DNA of 64,000 bases, taken from the NCBI GenBank assembly GCA_965203995.1, contig OZ241962.1:1092782-1156781 (forward strand), read 5' to 3'. A program made the translations under genes and the position numbers. Source of the DNA: Dehalococcoidia bacterium. Lineage in GTDB: Bacteria > Chloroflexota > Dehalococcoidia > Bin125. Of this stretch, positions 62,650 through 64,000 are shown piece after piece. The stretch's first letter is position 1; each line of letters begins with the position of its first letter. The notes below the pieces were generated by a model. That model saw only the letters and a program-made list of their open reading frames with translations. It searched no databases and was not told the origin of the DNA.

Positions 62650-63979
62650 GGATCCGCACCCGACGGTTCGGCTCGCGGCCCCGGCTGACCGACTCCAGCG
62701 CCTGATCGCTCGCCAACTGGTGTTGCAGTTTGCGAATGTACGGATTCTGAGGCGCCAGGTCGATCGATGACTGACGCCCGGCGTGAATCTGCGAAATCGC
62801 GTCCTCGGCCTCCGACAGCGCGGCCGTCACCGTATCGCTGGGAGCGTCGCCCTTCGACAGCGCGCGCAAGCTCTTCTCCATCTGCAGCACTGTGTTGTGC
62901 TTCAGCACGACCACCGGCAGCCGGCGCGACTCGGCCAGCCGCAGTTCCGGCGGACGCCGACGGAATCCCGCGCGCAGCGTCATCACCACATCCGCTTCCT
63001 CGACCCGCTCCGCGATCGACACATTCGCCCCCGTCTCGCGAATCGCCTCCCGCAGCCGCGACAGCGAAACCCCCAACGGATACACCTTGCGATGCGGTCC
63101 TGACGACATCGATGTCGAACGCCCACCTCGTCGCCGCCGCAGCGGCGCCTCATGCTCCGATCCGTTACCGAACGACGCACCGTTGCCCCGGCCGTGACCG
63201 TTGCCGAACTCGCGGTTGAAGATGTCGTTGGTGGAGGGCTCCAGCCCCGACCAGACGCCGTCCGCCACGCTCGATTCCACCGCATCGGAGGACGTATGCA
63301 CCGCCCCGTCGTCGTCGACCTCGCGAATCTCGGCCGCCACCGACTCGCCCCGCAGAAGTGCATCCACCGTGTGGCCAATCTCGGAATGCACGGCCACCCG
63401 CGTGAACGATTGAATCTCGACCAGCGCCTCGAAGGTCGGCGGCGCCTTGCGCTCGAGCACCGACTTGCGCGTTCCCCGCCGCCGCGCCTCCTCGTCCGAA
63501 AGCGTCACCGTTTGAATCCCGCCGATCAGGTCGACGAGTGTTGGATTCAGCATCAGGTTGGCCAGCGTGTTGCCGTGCGCCGTGGCGACCAGTTGGACCC
63601 CGCGCTCGGCGATCGTGCGCGCCGCCTGTGCCTCAAGCTCCGTGCCGATCTCGTCGATCACGATCACTTCCGGCATATGATTCTCGACCGCTTCGACCAT
63701 CACCGAGTGCTGCAACTCCGGGCGTTCGACCTGCATTCGCCGCGCCCGCCCGATGCCGGCGTGAGGGATGTCGCCGTCGCCGCCGATCTCGTTTGAGGTA
63801 TCGACGATCACCACCCGCTTGCCCTCGTCCGCCAGCACTCGCGCCGCTTCGCGCAGGATCGTCGTCTTGCCCACGCCCGGCCGCCCGAGCAGCAGAATCG
63901 AACTGCCCGCCTTGACGAAGTCCTCAATCACCGCCACCGACCCCGAGACCGCCCGACCCACCCGCATCGTTAACCCCAC
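62639..63979 (-). CDS. P-loop ATPase with C-terminal R3H-like nucleic-acid-binding region (SpoIIIAA/Ycf45-like family)
   Basis: [32 protein letters not shown] and VIVIDEIG. 446 aa, close to the window end. Confidence 0.6.
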   Translation of the reverse strand: MGLTMRVGRAVSGSVAVIEDFVKAGSSILLLGRPGVGKTTILREAARVLADEGKRVVIVDTSNEIGGDGDIPHAGIGRARRMQVERPELQHSVMVEAVENHMPEVIVIDEIGTELEAQAARTIAERGVQLVATAHGNTLANLMLNPTLVDLIGGIQTVTLSDEEARRRGTRKSVLERKAPPTFEALVEIQSFTRVAVHSEIGHTVDALLRGESVAAEIREVDDDGAVHTSSDAVESSVADGVWSGLEPSTNDIFNREFGNGHGRGNGASFGNGSEHEAPLRRRRGGRSTSMSSGPHRKVYPLGVSLSRLREAIRETGANVSIAERVEEADVVMTLRAGFRRRPPELRLAESRRLPVVVLKHNTVLQMEKSLRALSKGDAPSDTVTAALSEAEDAISQIHAGRQSSIDLAPQNPYIRKLQHQLASDQALESVSRGREPNRRVRIHAG

Positions 63980-64000
63980 GACCTCGCGCTGCCGGTTGCG

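Overview
The window is a high-GC (about 68%) bacterial chromosomal segment that is almost entirely housekeeping, and about 90% of coding is on the minus strand. The content is not inconsistent with a Chloroflexota/Thermomicrobia-like or other GC-rich Terrabacteria lineage, but the phylum cannot be confirmed from this window. The core is the complete str-S10-spc-alpha ribosomal superoperon (rpsL-rpsG-fusA-tuf-rpsJ...rplQ, with secY/adk/map/infA/rpoA and truA-rplM-rpsI, about 15.5-37.9 kb). Other blocks are: a plus-strand SAM/methyl-cycle salvage cluster (apt-mtnP-pfkB kinase-GNAT-ahcY-metK, 9.7-15.5 kb); Thr/Lys genes (hom, thrC, lysC, thrB); rpsF-ssb-rpsR and glyA; a replication block (rplI-dnaB-dnaD-like-tandem DnaC/I-like loader, then dnaE); tmk; and an R3H/Ycf45-like ATPase. 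The candidate undescribed system is a translationally coupled module inside a long co-directional array: folE, a CelD/FemAB-like (PF13480-type) acyltransferase, an MshA/BshA-like GT4 glycosyltransferase and a PIG-L/LmbE deacetylase, followed by ccsA. It resembles a bacillithiol/mycothiol-type glycoside-thiol pathway but with a Fem-like transferase where a BshC/MshC Cys ligase would be expected. Other notable points: an unusual helicase-loading module (a DnaD-like protein plus a double-AAA+ loader whose first Walker A is degenerate); ribosomal protein S18 with a tandem-repeat C-terminal tail; a roughly 140-aa insertion in an external loop of SecY; a 0.5-kb low-GC insert flanked by 135-bp direct repeats of a gene 3' end; triplicated hairpin repeats; rpmJ and rpsN missing from their conserved slots; many 4-nt start/stop overlaps; and a recurring TTGyAr-17-TATCGTG promoter-like motif. 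The many long plus-strand ORFs antisense to these genes are GC-driven artefacts.
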